DNA of 64,000 nt from Candidatus Schekmanbacteria bacterium. GTDB taxonomy: Bacteria; CSSED10-310; JACPHN01. This document shows positions 8,974-18,172 of the stretch, piece by piece. The stretch covers positions 916-64,915 of the forward strand of contig JACPHN010000268.1 in the NCBI GenBank assembly GCA_016188575.1, in the 5' to 3' direction. Both the position numbers and the translations under genes were made by a program. The notes under the pieces are model-generated. The model ran no database searches, was not told where the DNA came from, and saw only the letters and a list, made by a program, of their open reading frames with translations. Each line of letters starts with the position of its first letter. The stretch's first letter is position 1.

Positions 8974-10176
8974 TCATGCCGGCTTCGCCTCCGGAGCGAG
9001 CAGCCGGAGACCGCGCGTGCGATGCGTGTCGTCCGCATGCCAGCGGTGCAAACCGAGCATGCGAATCTGTTTGGCGATGTGCTCGATGACCTCCAGCGTC
9101 ACGTACTGGTGAATGGGGATCTCGAGGAGGTGCTCGCGAAGAAAGCGGACGGCGGGCGAGATCTCCGTGAGCGACGGGTCACCGACGTTCCAGAACTGGA
9201 CGGTCTGGATGCCCGCTGCCTCCAGCGCCGCCGCGGCCGCCGCCTTGTCGGGAACGAGCAGGGGAAAGAAGAGCGGACAGACGCCGTCGTCGATGGTGCT
9301 GCGCAGCAGCGGCGCCTGGCCATCCAGAAGCTGCACCAGGAGCTGAAAGTTCGCTCGCCGCCGCGGCCGGATCTCGGCGTAGGGCAGGCGCTCGAGGATG
9401 CGCCGCGACAGGTCGGAAAGCGCGATGTCGGCGACCGAGCGATCGAAGCCCGCATCGCCGACGGGAATCCGCGGCCCCCACGTCGCGCTCAGCAGGCGGC
9501 CGGTAGCGCGTTTCGCCGCCGCCAGCACCTGGCCCGCGCCGCCGGCCCGGCTGCGAAACCACTCCACCAGCAGCTCGCTCGCCCTGCCCGCGGTCGACAG
9601 CCGGTCACAAGGGCGCAACGGCATGGCCGCGAGCCCCGGAATCGGCCAGCGGTTCTGTGCCAGGATCGCGCCGTTGGGAACCGGTAGCGTCTTGTACAGG
9701 CAGAACACCGAGAAGTCCCCAAACGTGCCGAGCGGCTGTCCCTCCAGCTCGCTCAAGAGCGCCAGAGCACAATCCTCCACCAGCACGAGGTCGCGCTCCC
9801 GGCAAATCTCCGCGAGCTCCCGGATCGGCTGCGGCCAGCCGATGTAGTGGATCGATAGCAGCGCCCGGGCACCCGACCGCGCGAGCCGCGAGACCTGGTC
9901 CAGATCCGGCTGCAGGTGCCGGTCCACGCGGTAGAACCGCAAGCGGGCACCTGCCGCCAGAATCGCCTTGATCTCATTACCGTGGTGGTAATCCGGAACG
10001 AGAACGGTCTCGTCCGGCCGCAACATGAGTTGCGAAAACAGATGGTAGAGCGCGTTGCGCGCGCGGTACCGGTAGATGACGTCCGGACTGCCCAGCGGGA
10101 AGGGCCTGGGAGCAGCGGACGGCGGCGACAGGAAGAGGCGCGGATCGAGACCTGGCCCCGCGGATGCGTACATCAT
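8974..10176 (-). CDS. DegT/DnrJ/EryC1/StrS-family PLP-dependent sugar aminotransferase
   Basis: 400-aa protein from MMYASAGPGL… with the fold-type I aminotransferase architecture shared by WbpE/ArnB-type enzymes. Start at the double ATG 10176/10173, abutting the stop of the upstream FemAB-like gene (10173). The upstream 50 codons of the ORF are low-complexity. Confidence 0.7.
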   Translation of the reverse strand: MMYASAGPGLDPRLFLSPPSAAPRPFPLGSPDVIYRYRARNALYHLFSQLMLRPDETVLVPDYHHGNEIKAILAAGARLRFYRVDRHLQPDLDQVSRLARSGARALLSIHYIGWPQPIRELAEICRERDLVLVEDCALALLSELEGQPLGTFGDFSVFCLYKTLPVPNGAILAQNRWPIPGLAAMPLRPCDRLSTAGRASELLVEWFRSRAGGAGQVLAAAKRATGRLLSATWGPRIPVGDAGFDRSVADIALSDLSRRILERLPYAEIRPRRRANFQLLVQLLDGQAPLLRSTIDDGVCPLFFPLLVPDKAAAAAALEAAGIQTVQFWNVGDPSLTEISPAVRFLREHLLEIPIHQYVTLEVIEHIAKQIRMLGLHRWHADDTHRTRGLRLLAPEAKPA

Positions 10177-11375
10177 GCCTGGGTCCTCCTCATTGCATGG
10201 TTCAAGAGCGCACGTGCCTCGCTCATCGGGCGATAAAGCCGACTCGCGCGCAGCCGCGGCAGGATGTGGAACTTGAGCTGGCGGACCGCGCGGCTGCGCC
10301 AGCCGTGCGGGAAGAGAAACAGCCATTCATGGCGGCGCGTCGTCGCCGTCCACTCCCGCTTCCACGGCTCGTCGTCGCCGAGAAAGTCGAGCTCGCTCAA
10401 CCCGCGCTCGTAGCAGTGCTTGAGCACGTGAAAAACCAGAAGGTTGGTCGGCGAATACTGCCGGTACAGTGGGTCGAAGCCCGTCTTGACCAGGAAAAAA
10501 CGACCGCCGTACTCGAGCGCGAAGGCGAAGGCGATGCGCCGCCCGCCGGCCGTGAGAAAACAGAGGCGGAGCCAGCCGTGGCGCGCCGCCTCGGGGACGA
10601 GCTGGGCATAGAACTGCCGGCAGCTCTCAGTCGACGCGATCGCGGTGCCCGCGTCCTGCTTCCACGCGGCGCCCTCGATCTGGATGCCTTCCGCGAGCGC
10701 GCTTTCAACTTCGGAACCGGAGGTGACGATCTCCATGTCCAGGCTGGCGCTGCGCATGAGGCGGCCCAGGCGGTTGCGCAGATTGGCGCGGTGTTTGGCG
10801 GAGAGCGACCGCAGGTAGCCGTCGAAGGTCCCTTCCAGCTCCAGGTACGGAGCGTCGGCGGCGTGCCATAGCTCGCCGGCGACCGCGTCCGCGCGGGCGA
10901 GGGCCGGAAGTCTGCGCAGCGTCGGCGAGTCCGCGGGGAGCTGGCAGAGGGTCACGTAGTCCAGCTCGTCGAACATCTCGGTCACCTGCTGCCAGAGGGC
11001 CAGGTAGACGCGGTCGCTGCGCTCGCCGGCGAGATCGAAGCGAGAGGTGTGGGCATTGGCGAGAAACTCGAGCGTGACGGTCCTGAGCCCGTAGACGCGG
11101 CGCACCGACAGCATCATGGGGGCGACGGCGACAAGCTCGGTGCCGTCGCGGAAAACGAAAACCCGCAGCGCGTGTCCCGAGCCGAAGCTGTCCCACCAGC
11201 AACTGACCCAGGCGTGAGTATTGAAGGGATGATCGCCAGGTGAGCGGCGGGTCAGCGCGGACCATTCGGGTGCGAGCGCCGCCAGCCCGGCGCTGCTCTG
11301 CACCACCTCGACCGCGAGCCGGCCGCGCCGCGGCGCCAGCCGTTCAGTCGCTATCTCAAGCACGATCGCGCTCAT
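10173..11375 (-). CDS. FemAB/CelD-like GNAT acyltransferase, second paralogue
   Basis: 400-aa protein MSAIVLEIATERL… containing …GWLRLCFLTAGGRRIAFAFALEYGGRFFLVKTGFDP… (Acetyltransf_6-like). ATG at 11375 makes an ATGA overlap with the GT2 stop. Confidence 0.7.
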   Translation of the reverse strand: MSAIVLEIATERLAPRRGRLAVEVVQSSAGLAALAPEWSALTRRSPGDHPFNTHAWVSCWWDSFGSGHALRVFVFRDGTELVAVAPMMLSVRRVYGLRTVTLEFLANAHTSRFDLAGERSDRVYLALWQQVTEMFDELDYVTLCQLPADSPTLRRLPALARADAVAGELWHAADAPYLELEGTFDGYLRSLSAKHRANLRNRLGRLMRSASLDMEIVTSGSEVESALAEGIQIEGAAWKQDAGTAIASTESCRQFYAQLVPEAARHGWLRLCFLTAGGRRIAFAFALEYGGRFFLVKTGFDPLYRQYSPTNLLVFHVLKHCYERGLSELDFLGDDEPWKREWTATTRRHEWLFLFPHGWRSRAVRQLKFHILPRLRASRLYRPMSEARALLNHAMRRTQA

Positions 11376-12799
11376 AGTCGGAGCTCCCGAGGTTTCGCAT
11401 GGAGTAATCGCGGCCGCGCGGGGCGCGGCCGCCGCGGATCGCCGGCAGCCGGCGCCACCGCCACCGCCGCGCCTGACGCCTGCCAGAGATCCTGAGGATG
11501 GGTCACGTAGCGGTAGAGGCCGAGCACGGCGGCCCAGTTCAGCATGACGAAGTGGTAGGGAACGGACAGCAGCCGATCAAGCAGCCGCTGGGGTCCGCCG
11601 CCGCCGCCGGACAGGTGCGCGCGGCGATCGCCGCGCAAGCGATAGGCCCCGACCACCGCGAGCAGGTAGGCAGCGGTCTGCGCCACCAGGAATGCGGTAT
11701 AGAGCTCGCCCCGCAGCATCCAGCTCGACGCGTACAGCGCCGGCAGGAGAAAGGCGACGACGAGGCGCCCTACCTTGTGCGAGGCGAACTGCAGGAAGAT
11801 CGGATCACGCCACGGCATCAGCAGCTCGGGCATGCGCGCCAGGAGCTGGTAGTTTCCGGCGAGCGTGCGCACCTTGCGGCGCAGCTCCGCGCTCGACGGC
11901 TGCTCGCGGTCGTAGGCGCGCGCGGCCGGGTCGAGGACGGCGCGCTTGCCGCGCAGAACGGCCCCCATGGGAATCGCGACGTCGTCGAGAATGGTGTCGG
12001 CGGGCAGCGGTGTGTACAGGTCCCGGCGCACGGCATGCAGCGCGCCGGTGGCGCCCGGCAGCGAGTGAATGTCGCTCTCCAGTGCGCGCAGCCACCGGTC
12101 GTAGCGCCAGTACAGGCCGATGCCGTCGCCGGCCACGTTGCCGTTTTCGTCCAGCACGATGACCTCACCGCTCACCGCGCCCACCTCGGGGTCGTGGAAG
12201 TTGGCGATGAGCTCGCGCACGGCGGCGCTTTCCAGCCGCTGCCGGGCATCGGCAAAGACGATGACGTCGCCGCGAGCCGCCGCCACGCCGCGATTCAACG
12301 CCCCCGCCTTGCCCTCGTGGCGCGGCGACCGCACTACAGTGAGGCGCGGTGCCGGCCACGCGCGGCGCGGCGACCGCAGCGGCGACCACGGGTGGTCGCC
12401 TAATCCCAGAAACGCCCGGTGCGGCCCCCTACCCCTCCCCCCGCGCGCGGGGGCAGGTGTGGTGGGGCGTCTTCGCGATGCGTCCCAGGCGCTCGTGAGC
12501 CGCCGGTGGGCGCTCGCCCAACGTTCCACCACGCGATCCGTGCCGTCGCTCGGACCATCGAGCGCGATGACGATCTCCAGCTTGCTCGGCGGGTAAACCT
12601 GGCGCAGGCAGTCCTCGAGCTTGTCCACGATCGCCTCGCGCTCGTTGTAGGCGGCGATGACGATGCTCACCGACAGGCGACAGGGTTGCTTGTCCACCGG
12701 CGCCAGGCCATACCGCCGCCGGGCGAGCAAGTAGAGCGGATAGCCCACATACACGTAGGCGATGATCGCCAAACTGCTCCAAAAAACGACCTGCGCCAC
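11372..12799 (-). CDS. Family-2 glycosyltransferase (membrane GT2) carrying an in-frame ~51-codon insertion derived from a palindromic repeat
   Basis: The protein has an N-terminal TM helix, then SVSIVIAAYNE…LEIVIALDGPSDGT…[insertion]…GKAGALNRGV…DVIVFADAR… (DxD-type GT2 core), then C-terminal TM helices. GTG start at 12799, with GGAGG 8 nt upstream. Confidence 0.75.
   Translation of the reverse strand: MAQVVFWSSLAIIAYVYVGYPLYLLARRRYGLAPVDKQPCRLSVSIVIAAYNEREAIVDKLEDCLRQVYPPSKLEIVIALDGPSDGTDRVVERWASAHRRLTSAWDASRRRPTTPAPARGGRGRGPHRAFLGLGDHPWSPLRSPRRAWPAPRLTVVRSPRHEGKAGALNRGVAAARGDVIVFADARQRLESAAVRELIANFHDPEVGAVSGEVIVLDENGNVAGDGIGLYWRYDRWLRALESDIHSLPGATGALHAVRRDLYTPLPADTILDDVAIPMGAVLRGKRAVLDPAARAYDREQPSSAELRRKVRTLAGNYQLLARMPELLMPWRDPIFLQFASHKVGRLVVAFLLPALYASSWMLRGELYTAFLVAQTAAYLLAVVGAYRLRGDRRAHLSGGGGGPQRLLDRLLSVPYHFVMLNWAAVLGLYRYVTHPQDLWQASGAAVAVAPAAGDPRRPRPARPRLLHAKPRELRL
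12346..12499. repeat. In-frame repeat-derived insertion inside the GT2 gene (contains palindromic repeat copy C at 12426-12467 and a second palindrome ggcgaccacccgtggtcgcc)
   Basis: Codons 101-152 of the GT2 (TSAWDASRRRPTTPAPARGGRGRGPHRAFLGLGDHPWSPLRSPRRAWPAPRL) lie between the DGxxDGT and GKAxALN motifs, which are normally ~25 residues apart. The DNA carries cccctacccctccccccgcgcgcgggggcaggtgtggtgggg plus the perfect palindrome ggcgaccac-cc-gtggtcgcc. Confidence 0.6.
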
Positions 12800-12802
12800 G
12801 GC

Positions 12803-14152
12803 CTACAGCCTCCTGAGGTTCGACGCCTCGATGCCGCGCGTCGCGTTGCGGGTATCGAACACCAGCGGCGCCTGTCGGGTAATCTCCTCGTAGTCGAAGC
12901 CCGAATGGTCCGTCAGGATCAGCGCGAGGTGGCAGAGCTCCAGGAGCTGCGGCGTTGGCCGTTTGGACTCCAGAAGCTCGTCGCCGATGGTGATGGAGTC
13001 CACAAACGGGTCGCTATAGGAGACCGTCGCCCCGCGCTCCCTGAGCAGCTTGATGACCTCGAGAGCCGGCGATTCCCGGGTGTCGCAAACGTCCTTCTTG
13101 TAGGCCACGCCGAGCACGTGGATCCAGGTGCGGCTCAGGGGTCTGCCCGCCTCGCTCAAGATCTCCATCACCCGCATCACCACGTAACGGGGCATGCCGC
13201 GATTGATCTTGTCGGCAAGGTGAATGAGCTCCGGCACAAACCCATCGATCGTGGCCTTCCACTGCAAGTAGATGGGATCGACGGGGATGCAGTGCCCGCC
13301 GAGACCGGGACCCGGGAAAAACGGCATGAACCCGAACGGCTTGGTCGCCGCCGCGTCGATCACCTCCCACACGTCGATGTCCATGTGCTTGCACATCTGC
13401 GCCAGCTCGTTGACCAGCGCGATGTTTACGGCGCGGAAGGTGTTCTCCAGCAGCTTGACCATTTCGGCCACGCGCGTGTTGGAGACTTCCATCACGCCGC
13501 CCACGACCTGGCTGTACAGCGACGCCGCCAACCGCCGGCACCGGGGCGTCACCCCGGCGACGATCTTCGCGATGTTCTCGGTCTTGAACCTGGCATTGCC
13601 CGGGTCGACCCGTTCCGGCGAGTATGCCAGGAAGAAGTCCTCTCCGACCTTCAATCCGTGCGCCTGCAAGCGCGGCAGGACGATGTCCTCGGTGCTTCCC
13701 GGGTAGGTCGTGCTCTCCAGGATCACGAGCTGTCCGGGGCGCAGATGCGCCGCGACCTCTTCCGCCGCAGACAGCACGAAGGTCAGGTCCGGGTCGCGGC
13801 TCTTGCGCAACGGCGTGGGCACGCAGATGATGAGCACGTCCATATCCGGTAAGGCCGAAAAGTCGGTCGTCGCGGCAAACTTGCCTTCGTGGAGCGCCTG
13901 CATCACCCGGCGGCTGTGCACGTCGGTGATCTCGGAAACGCCATTCACCAGCCCGTCGACGCGCTCGGGGTTGATGTCGAAGCCGGTGGCGCGGAACCCG
14001 GCATCGGCACAAGCCATCGCCAGGGGTAGACCGACGTAGCCGAGGCCGAGCACACCGACGCGGGCGGTGCGCGTCTGCAAGCGGCCGGCGAGGGTTTCAA
14101 ACGAGTTGGTGACCTGAGTAGTTGGAACCTGCAGGACAGCGGTAGTGCTCAC
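12803..14152 (-). CDS. UDP-N-acetyl-D-glucosamine / -mannosamine 6-dehydrogenase (nucleotide-sugar dehydrogenase family, WbpA/WecC-like)
   Basis: 449-aa protein with an N-terminal Rossmann motif (VGVLGLGYVGLPLAMA), a catalytic-Cys region (…GGHCIPVDP…) and a UDPG_MGDP_dh C-terminal domain. GTG start at 14152 with AGGAGA 7 nt upstream. Confidence 0.85.
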   Translation of the reverse strand: MSTTAVLQVPTTQVTNSFETLAGRLQTRTARVGVLGLGYVGLPLAMACADAGFRATGFDINPERVDGLVNGVSEITDVHSRRVMQALHEGKFAATTDFSALPDMDVLIICVPTPLRKSRDPDLTFVLSAAEEVAAHLRPGQLVILESTTYPGSTEDIVLPRLQAHGLKVGEDFFLAYSPERVDPGNARFKTENIAKIVAGVTPRCRRLAASLYSQVVGGVMEVSNTRVAEMVKLLENTFRAVNIALVNELAQMCKHMDIDVWEVIDAAATKPFGFMPFFPGPGLGGHCIPVDPIYLQWKATIDGFVPELIHLADKINRGMPRYVVMRVMEILSEAGRPLSRTWIHVLGVAYKKDVCDTRESPALEVIKLLRERGATVSYSDPFVDSITIGDELLESKRPTPQLLELCHLALILTDHSGFDYEEITRQAPLVFDTRNATRGIEASNLRRL

Positions 14153-14163
14153 TGGTGCTTCTC

Positions 14164-16014
14164 CTATTCTACGGTGACGCTCTTGGCGAGGTTGCGGGGT
14201 TTGTCGACGTCGCAGCCGCGGCGCACGCCGATGTGGTAGGCGAGGAGCTGCAGCGGCAGAACCGTCAGCAGCGGTGAAAGCAACGGGTGCGTCGGCGCGA
14301 CAAAGATGGTTTCGTCCGCCTTTTCCTGCACCTCGTTGTCGCCTTCGGTAGCGATGGCGATGACCTTGCCGTCTCGCCCTTTCGCCTCCTCGACGTTCCC
14401 CATCGTCTTGCGGTAGACGTGATCTTGTGGGGCGACCACGACGACGGGCATCTGCGCGTCGATCAGGGCGATCGGACCGTGCTTCATCTCGCCGGCAGGG
14501 TAGCCCTCTGCGTGGGCATACGAGATTTCCTTCAGCTTCAAGGCGCCCTCCAGGGCAATCGGGTAGCTGATGCCGCGGCCCAGGAAGAGAAAGCTCGCGT
14601 GGTCGTGGAATCGCTCACAAAGCGGTTCGATCGCCTTGCGGGTGGCAAGGAATCGCTCCATGTCCTCGCTGAGCCGGTCGAGCCCGGCCACGTGCTCGGC
14701 GATCTGCTGGCGCGACAGCGCGCCGCGCAGCCCGCCGAGGTAGACCCCAAGCGCGAAGAGCAGCGCCACCTGGGTGGTGAACGCCTTGGTCGACGCCACG
14801 CCGATCTCGGGGCCGGCGTGGGTGTAGAGCACCGCGTCGGATTCGCGGGCGATCGAGCTGCCGACGACATTGCAAATCGACAGCACCACGGCGCCATGAT
14901 CGCGCGCCTCTCGCAAGCCGGCCAGAGTATCTGCCGTCTCGCCGGATTGGCTGATGCCCAGCACGAGGCTGTTCTTGCCCATCACGGGGTTGCGATAGCG
15001 AAACTCGCTGGCATAGTCGACGTCCACGGGCATCCGCGCCAGCGACTCGATCATGAGCTTGCCGATGAGGCCCGCGTGCAGGGAGGTGCCGCACGCGAGA
15101 ATCTGCAACCGCGGCGCCTTCCGGAGACGCTGCGTCAGGGCGCCGTTGAGGCGCGAGCAGAGATCGTCCTCGAGCACCACGCGGTCGCCGCGCACGCGAC
15201 CGCACAAGGTATCTCGCAGGGCACGCGGCTGCTCGAGAATCTCCTTGAGCATGAAGTGCGGGTAGCCCTCCTTTTCCGCCATTTCCGCGGTCCACTCCAG
15301 ATGCTGGCGGCGACATTCGATCGTTCTGGCCGCGGCATCCTGGAGCTCGACGTGGTCCGCTCGCAGCACGACAATCTCGCCATCGGCCAGGAAATGAACG
15401 TCGCGCGTGTAGGGCAGAATGGCGGGAACGTCCGATGCCACGATCATCTCGTGCTCGCCGAGCCCGACCACGAGCGGCAGGCCGCGGCGCACCGCAACGA
15501 TCTTGGAGGGCTCTGTCGTCGCGATGACCACCAGCCCGAAGACCCCCTCGATCTCGGCGATCGCGCCCCGCACCGCGTCTTCCAGCTTGCCGTTCAGGCG
15601 GGCCTCGATGAGGTGCGCGAGGACCTCGGAGTCGGTTTCGCTGTGGAAGATGTGCCCTTCAGCAATGAGGCGCCGCCGCAGCTCCACGTAGTTCTCGATG
15701 ATGCCGTTATGCGCGACCAGCACCCGGCCGGTGCAATCCGCGTGGGGATGCGCGTTGGCCTCCGTCGGCCGGCCGTGAGTCGCCCACCGGGTGTGTCCAA
15801 TGCCACAATGCCCTGCGGCCAGCGCCTGACCGAGAGTCGCCACCTTTTCCTCGAGCCCGCCGATGCGACCCGCGTAACGCAACAGGTGCATCGTGCCGTT
15901 GAGGGTGACGGCGATCCCGCAGGAGTCGTAGCCGCGGTATTCGAGCCGCTTGAGAGCGGAGACCAGCACGGGAGCGCTCTGCCGGTCGCCAACGTAGCCG
16001 ATGAGTCCACACAT
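14164..16014 (-). CDS. glmS: Glutamine--fructose-6-phosphate aminotransferase (isomerising)
   Basis: 616-aa protein MCGLIGYVG… (N-terminal Cys), two SIS domains (…SQSGETADTL…), C-terminus …KSVTVE. Canonical GlmS throughout. Confidence 0.95.
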   Translation of the reverse strand: MCGLIGYVGDRQSAPVLVSALKRLEYRGYDSCGIAVTLNGTMHLLRYAGRIGGLEEKVATLGQALAAGHCGIGHTRWATHGRPTEANAHPHADCTGRVLVAHNGIIENYVELRRRLIAEGHIFHSETDSEVLAHLIEARLNGKLEDAVRGAIAEIEGVFGLVVIATTEPSKIVAVRRGLPLVVGLGEHEMIVASDVPAILPYTRDVHFLADGEIVVLRADHVELQDAAARTIECRRQHLEWTAEMAEKEGYPHFMLKEILEQPRALRDTLCGRVRGDRVVLEDDLCSRLNGALTQRLRKAPRLQILACGTSLHAGLIGKLMIESLARMPVDVDYASEFRYRNPVMGKNSLVLGISQSGETADTLAGLREARDHGAVVLSICNVVGSSIARESDAVLYTHAGPEIGVASTKAFTTQVALLFALGVYLGGLRGALSRQQIAEHVAGLDRLSEDMERFLATRKAIEPLCERFHDHASFLFLGRGISYPIALEGALKLKEISYAHAEGYPAGEMKHGPIALIDAQMPVVVVAPQDHVYRKTMGNVEEAKGRDGKVIAIATEGDNEVQEKADETIFVAPTHPLLSPLLTVLPLQLLAYHIGVRRGCDVDKPRNLAKSVTVE

Positions 16015-16018
16015 GGTC

Positions 16019-17074
16019 CTACCTCGCGATCAGGGTCAGAGGGGGAGTCGGCGATCTCTTCACCGCAAGCTCGGGACGCTGGCGGCGGGCAAGCAGGAGC
16101 AGGAGCTCACCGAGGCGATCGCAATCGTGTTTCACCTCGTCGCAGTCCTCGCGCGACAGCAGGTTGGCGGCCAGCGGCGCCGTTCCCATCTGGCCGATCT
16201 CGCGCACGTCGTTGCGCACCGGCGCGGCGCCGAGCGCGGCGTAGCGGGCGCGCCGATCGTCCGGAATGGCCCCCGAGCTCAAGATACAGACGTCGATCAG
16301 GCCTCCTTCCAGGTATTCGGAGAGCACGCGCAGGTGGTCGGCGGCCGTGAAACCGTCCGTCTCGCCGGGCTGGGTCATGAGATTGCAAACGTACACCTTG
16401 AGCGCCGACGACAGGCGAATGGCGTCGGCAACGCCGTCCACGAGCAGGTTGGGCACGACGCTGGTGTACAGGCTGCCCGGCCCGAGCACGATCAGGTCGG
16501 AAAAGACCAGGGATTGCAGCACCCCACCCGACGCCGGCGGCGTGCAGGGTTCGAGCCACACCCGCGTGATCCGGCCGCGTTGCAGCGGGATCTGCGCCTC
16601 GCCGCGGACCACGCTGCCGTCGGCGAAGGCGGCGCAGAGGGTCACCGGGCTATCGGTGACGGGGAGCACGCGACCGCTGGCGTGCAGCAGCCCCGATGCC
16701 TGTTGGCTCGCCTTCGCCAGGCTGCCGTGCTCCTCGCAGTAGGCGGCGAGGATGAGGTTGCCGACAACCTGTCCCTGCAGCCCGTTGCCGCCGCGGAACC
16801 GGTACTGGAACAGGTCGCATAGCGGCGGCTCGCTGTCGGACAGCGCCGCCATGCAGTTGCGGATATCACCCACCGCGGGGATGCCGAGGTGTCTGCGAAG
16901 CCGACCCGTGGAGCCGCCGTTGTCAGCGGTGGTCACCACGGCCGAAATTTGCACGTCCCAGTCCGCGCCGCCGGCCCCCTGCTTGATCGCTGCGCGCTTC
17001 AAGCCTCGCAATACGGTTGACAATCCGTGTCCGCCGCCGACACCGACAATCCTGACGATGGTATTGGTTTTCAT
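16019..17074 (-). CDS. YvcK/GlmR-type gluconeogenesis factor (UPF0052, CofD-like fold)
   Basis: 351-aa protein MKTNTIVRIVGVGGGHGLS…VVTTADNGGSTGRLR…, the signature of the YvcK/UPF0052 family. Lies 4 nt upstream of glmS on the same strand. Confidence 0.8.
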   Translation of the reverse strand: MKTNTIVRIVGVGGGHGLSTVLRGLKRAAIKQGAGGADWDVQISAVVTTADNGGSTGRLRRHLGIPAVGDIRNCMAALSDSEPPLCDLFQYRFRGGNGLQGQVVGNLILAAYCEEHGSLAKASQQASGLLHASGRVLPVTDSPVTLCAAFADGSVVRGEAQIPLQRGRITRVWLEPCTPPASGGVLQSLVFSDLIVLGPGSLYTSVVPNLLVDGVADAIRLSSALKVYVCNLMTQPGETDGFTAADHLRVLSEYLEGGLIDVCILSSGAIPDDRRARYAALGAAPVRNDVREIGQMGTAPLAANLLSREDCDEVKHDCDRLGELLLLLARRQRPELAVKRSPTPPLTLIAR

Positions 17075-17077
17075 TTG

Positions 17078-18172
17078 TTACCCGTCCTGTCGATGATCCA
17101 AGCCGAAGATGACAACTTTGATGGTGCGAAGAAGAATGAAGACATCAAACCACACAGAAGCGTGCTTCGCGTAGTACAGGTCGTATTGCAGCTTCTCGTA
17201 GGCATCTTCAATCGAGTTGCCATAGTCGTAGCTGACCTGTGCCCAACCGGTAATACCCGGTTTGATGTAGTGTCTGAGGTCGTAGTAGGGGATCTGTTCT
17301 CCCAACATGCGCACGAAGCAGGGGCGCTCGGGCCTGGGTCCGACGAAGGTCATGTCGCCGCGCAGGACGTTGATGACCTGCGGGACCTCGTCGAGGTGCA
17401 GGCGGCGCAGGATGCGGCCGACCCGGGTAACGCGGTCATCGACGTCGCGCGCCCACATCGGTCCGGTATCCTGCTCAGCATCATGGCGCATGGAGCGGAA
17501 CTTGTACATCATGAAGGTGTCGCCATCCTTGCCGACGCGGTCCTGCGCGAACAGCACGGGGCCGCGGGATTCGAGCTTGATCGCCAGAGCGATCAGGAGC
17601 AGAATGGGCGCGGCCAGGACGAGGAGGGCGGCGGCGCAGACGATGTCGAGCCAGCGTTTGAGGCGGTCATGGCGAGCTGAGAAATGAAAGCCGTCGCAGA
17701 AGATCAGCCAGTCCGGCCGCACCGCATCGAGCCACACCTTGTGATGGCGGTGCTCGTAGAAGTCCGCCGCTTCTTCGATCTCGATGCCCAGCAGCTTGCC
17801 TTCGATCAGCGTCGAGGCGATGTCGGCAGCGCCATAGGCGTTGGGTTCGGTAATGACGATGCGCGAGACGCGCCCGGCGCGAATCAGGTCGCGAAGGCGT
17901 TCAGAGCTCAGCTCTTCGCTCGCGCCGCTACTGCGCGCGGAACGCATGGCCGTGGGCGTTCGCCCGTTGCCGTTGCGGTAGGCCGAGGTGCTCAGCATCG
18001 CGCCCTCGCCGCGGCCGTTGCGGGCGGCCTCCGCGGCAGGCGGCGCGGCGCCATCGAGCTCGCGGTGCAGCGTCGCCGCCAGGGCGCCGTTGCCGAGAAT
18101 AACGATGCCGGCCGAAGGGCGCTCGCGAGTCGGGTGCCAGAATTCGGTTCGGGGCACTTCAGTTCTTATCAT
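17078..18172 (-). CDS. Undecaprenyl-phosphate sugar phosphotransferase (bacterial sugar transferase, WbaP/EpsB type with N-terminal CoA-binding-like domain)
   Basis: 365-aa protein from MIRTEVPRTEF… with a C-terminal …PVLFAQDRVGKDGDTFMMYKFRSM…DEVPQVINVLRGDMTFVGPRPERP… block (Bac_transf). ATG at 18172 overlaps the Wzc-like gene end by 14 nt. The longer ORF upstream is out-of-frame noise. Confidence 0.8.
   Translation of the reverse strand: MIRTEVPRTEFWHPTRERPSAGIVILGNGALAATLHRELDGAAPPAAEAARNGRGEGAMLSTSAYRNGNGRTPTAMRSARSSGASEELSSERLRDLIRAGRVSRIVITEPNAYGAADIASTLIEGKLLGIEIEEAADFYEHRHHKVWLDAVRPDWLIFCDGFHFSARHDRLKRWLDIVCAAALLVLAAPILLLIALAIKLESRGPVLFAQDRVGKDGDTFMMYKFRSMRHDAEQDTGPMWARDVDDRVTRVGRILRRLHLDEVPQVINVLRGDMTFVGPRPERPCFVRMLGEQIPYYDLRHYIKPGITGWAQVSYDYGNSIEDAYEKLQYDLYYAKHASVWFDVFILLRTIKVVIFGLDHRQDG

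Noticed and set aside
8756-8977. N-terminal 74-codon extension of the first FemAB-like ORF (and analogous extensions of the aminotransferase, LuxR regulator, ADH, thiolase, ACAD, sugar transferase, GspE-like, SBP and E2-like ORFs)
   Set aside because: The extensions are low-complexity, lack SD sequences, and in three cases run through intergenic palindromic repeats. Internal ATG/GTG codons with good SDs and homology-consistent N-termini were chosen instead.
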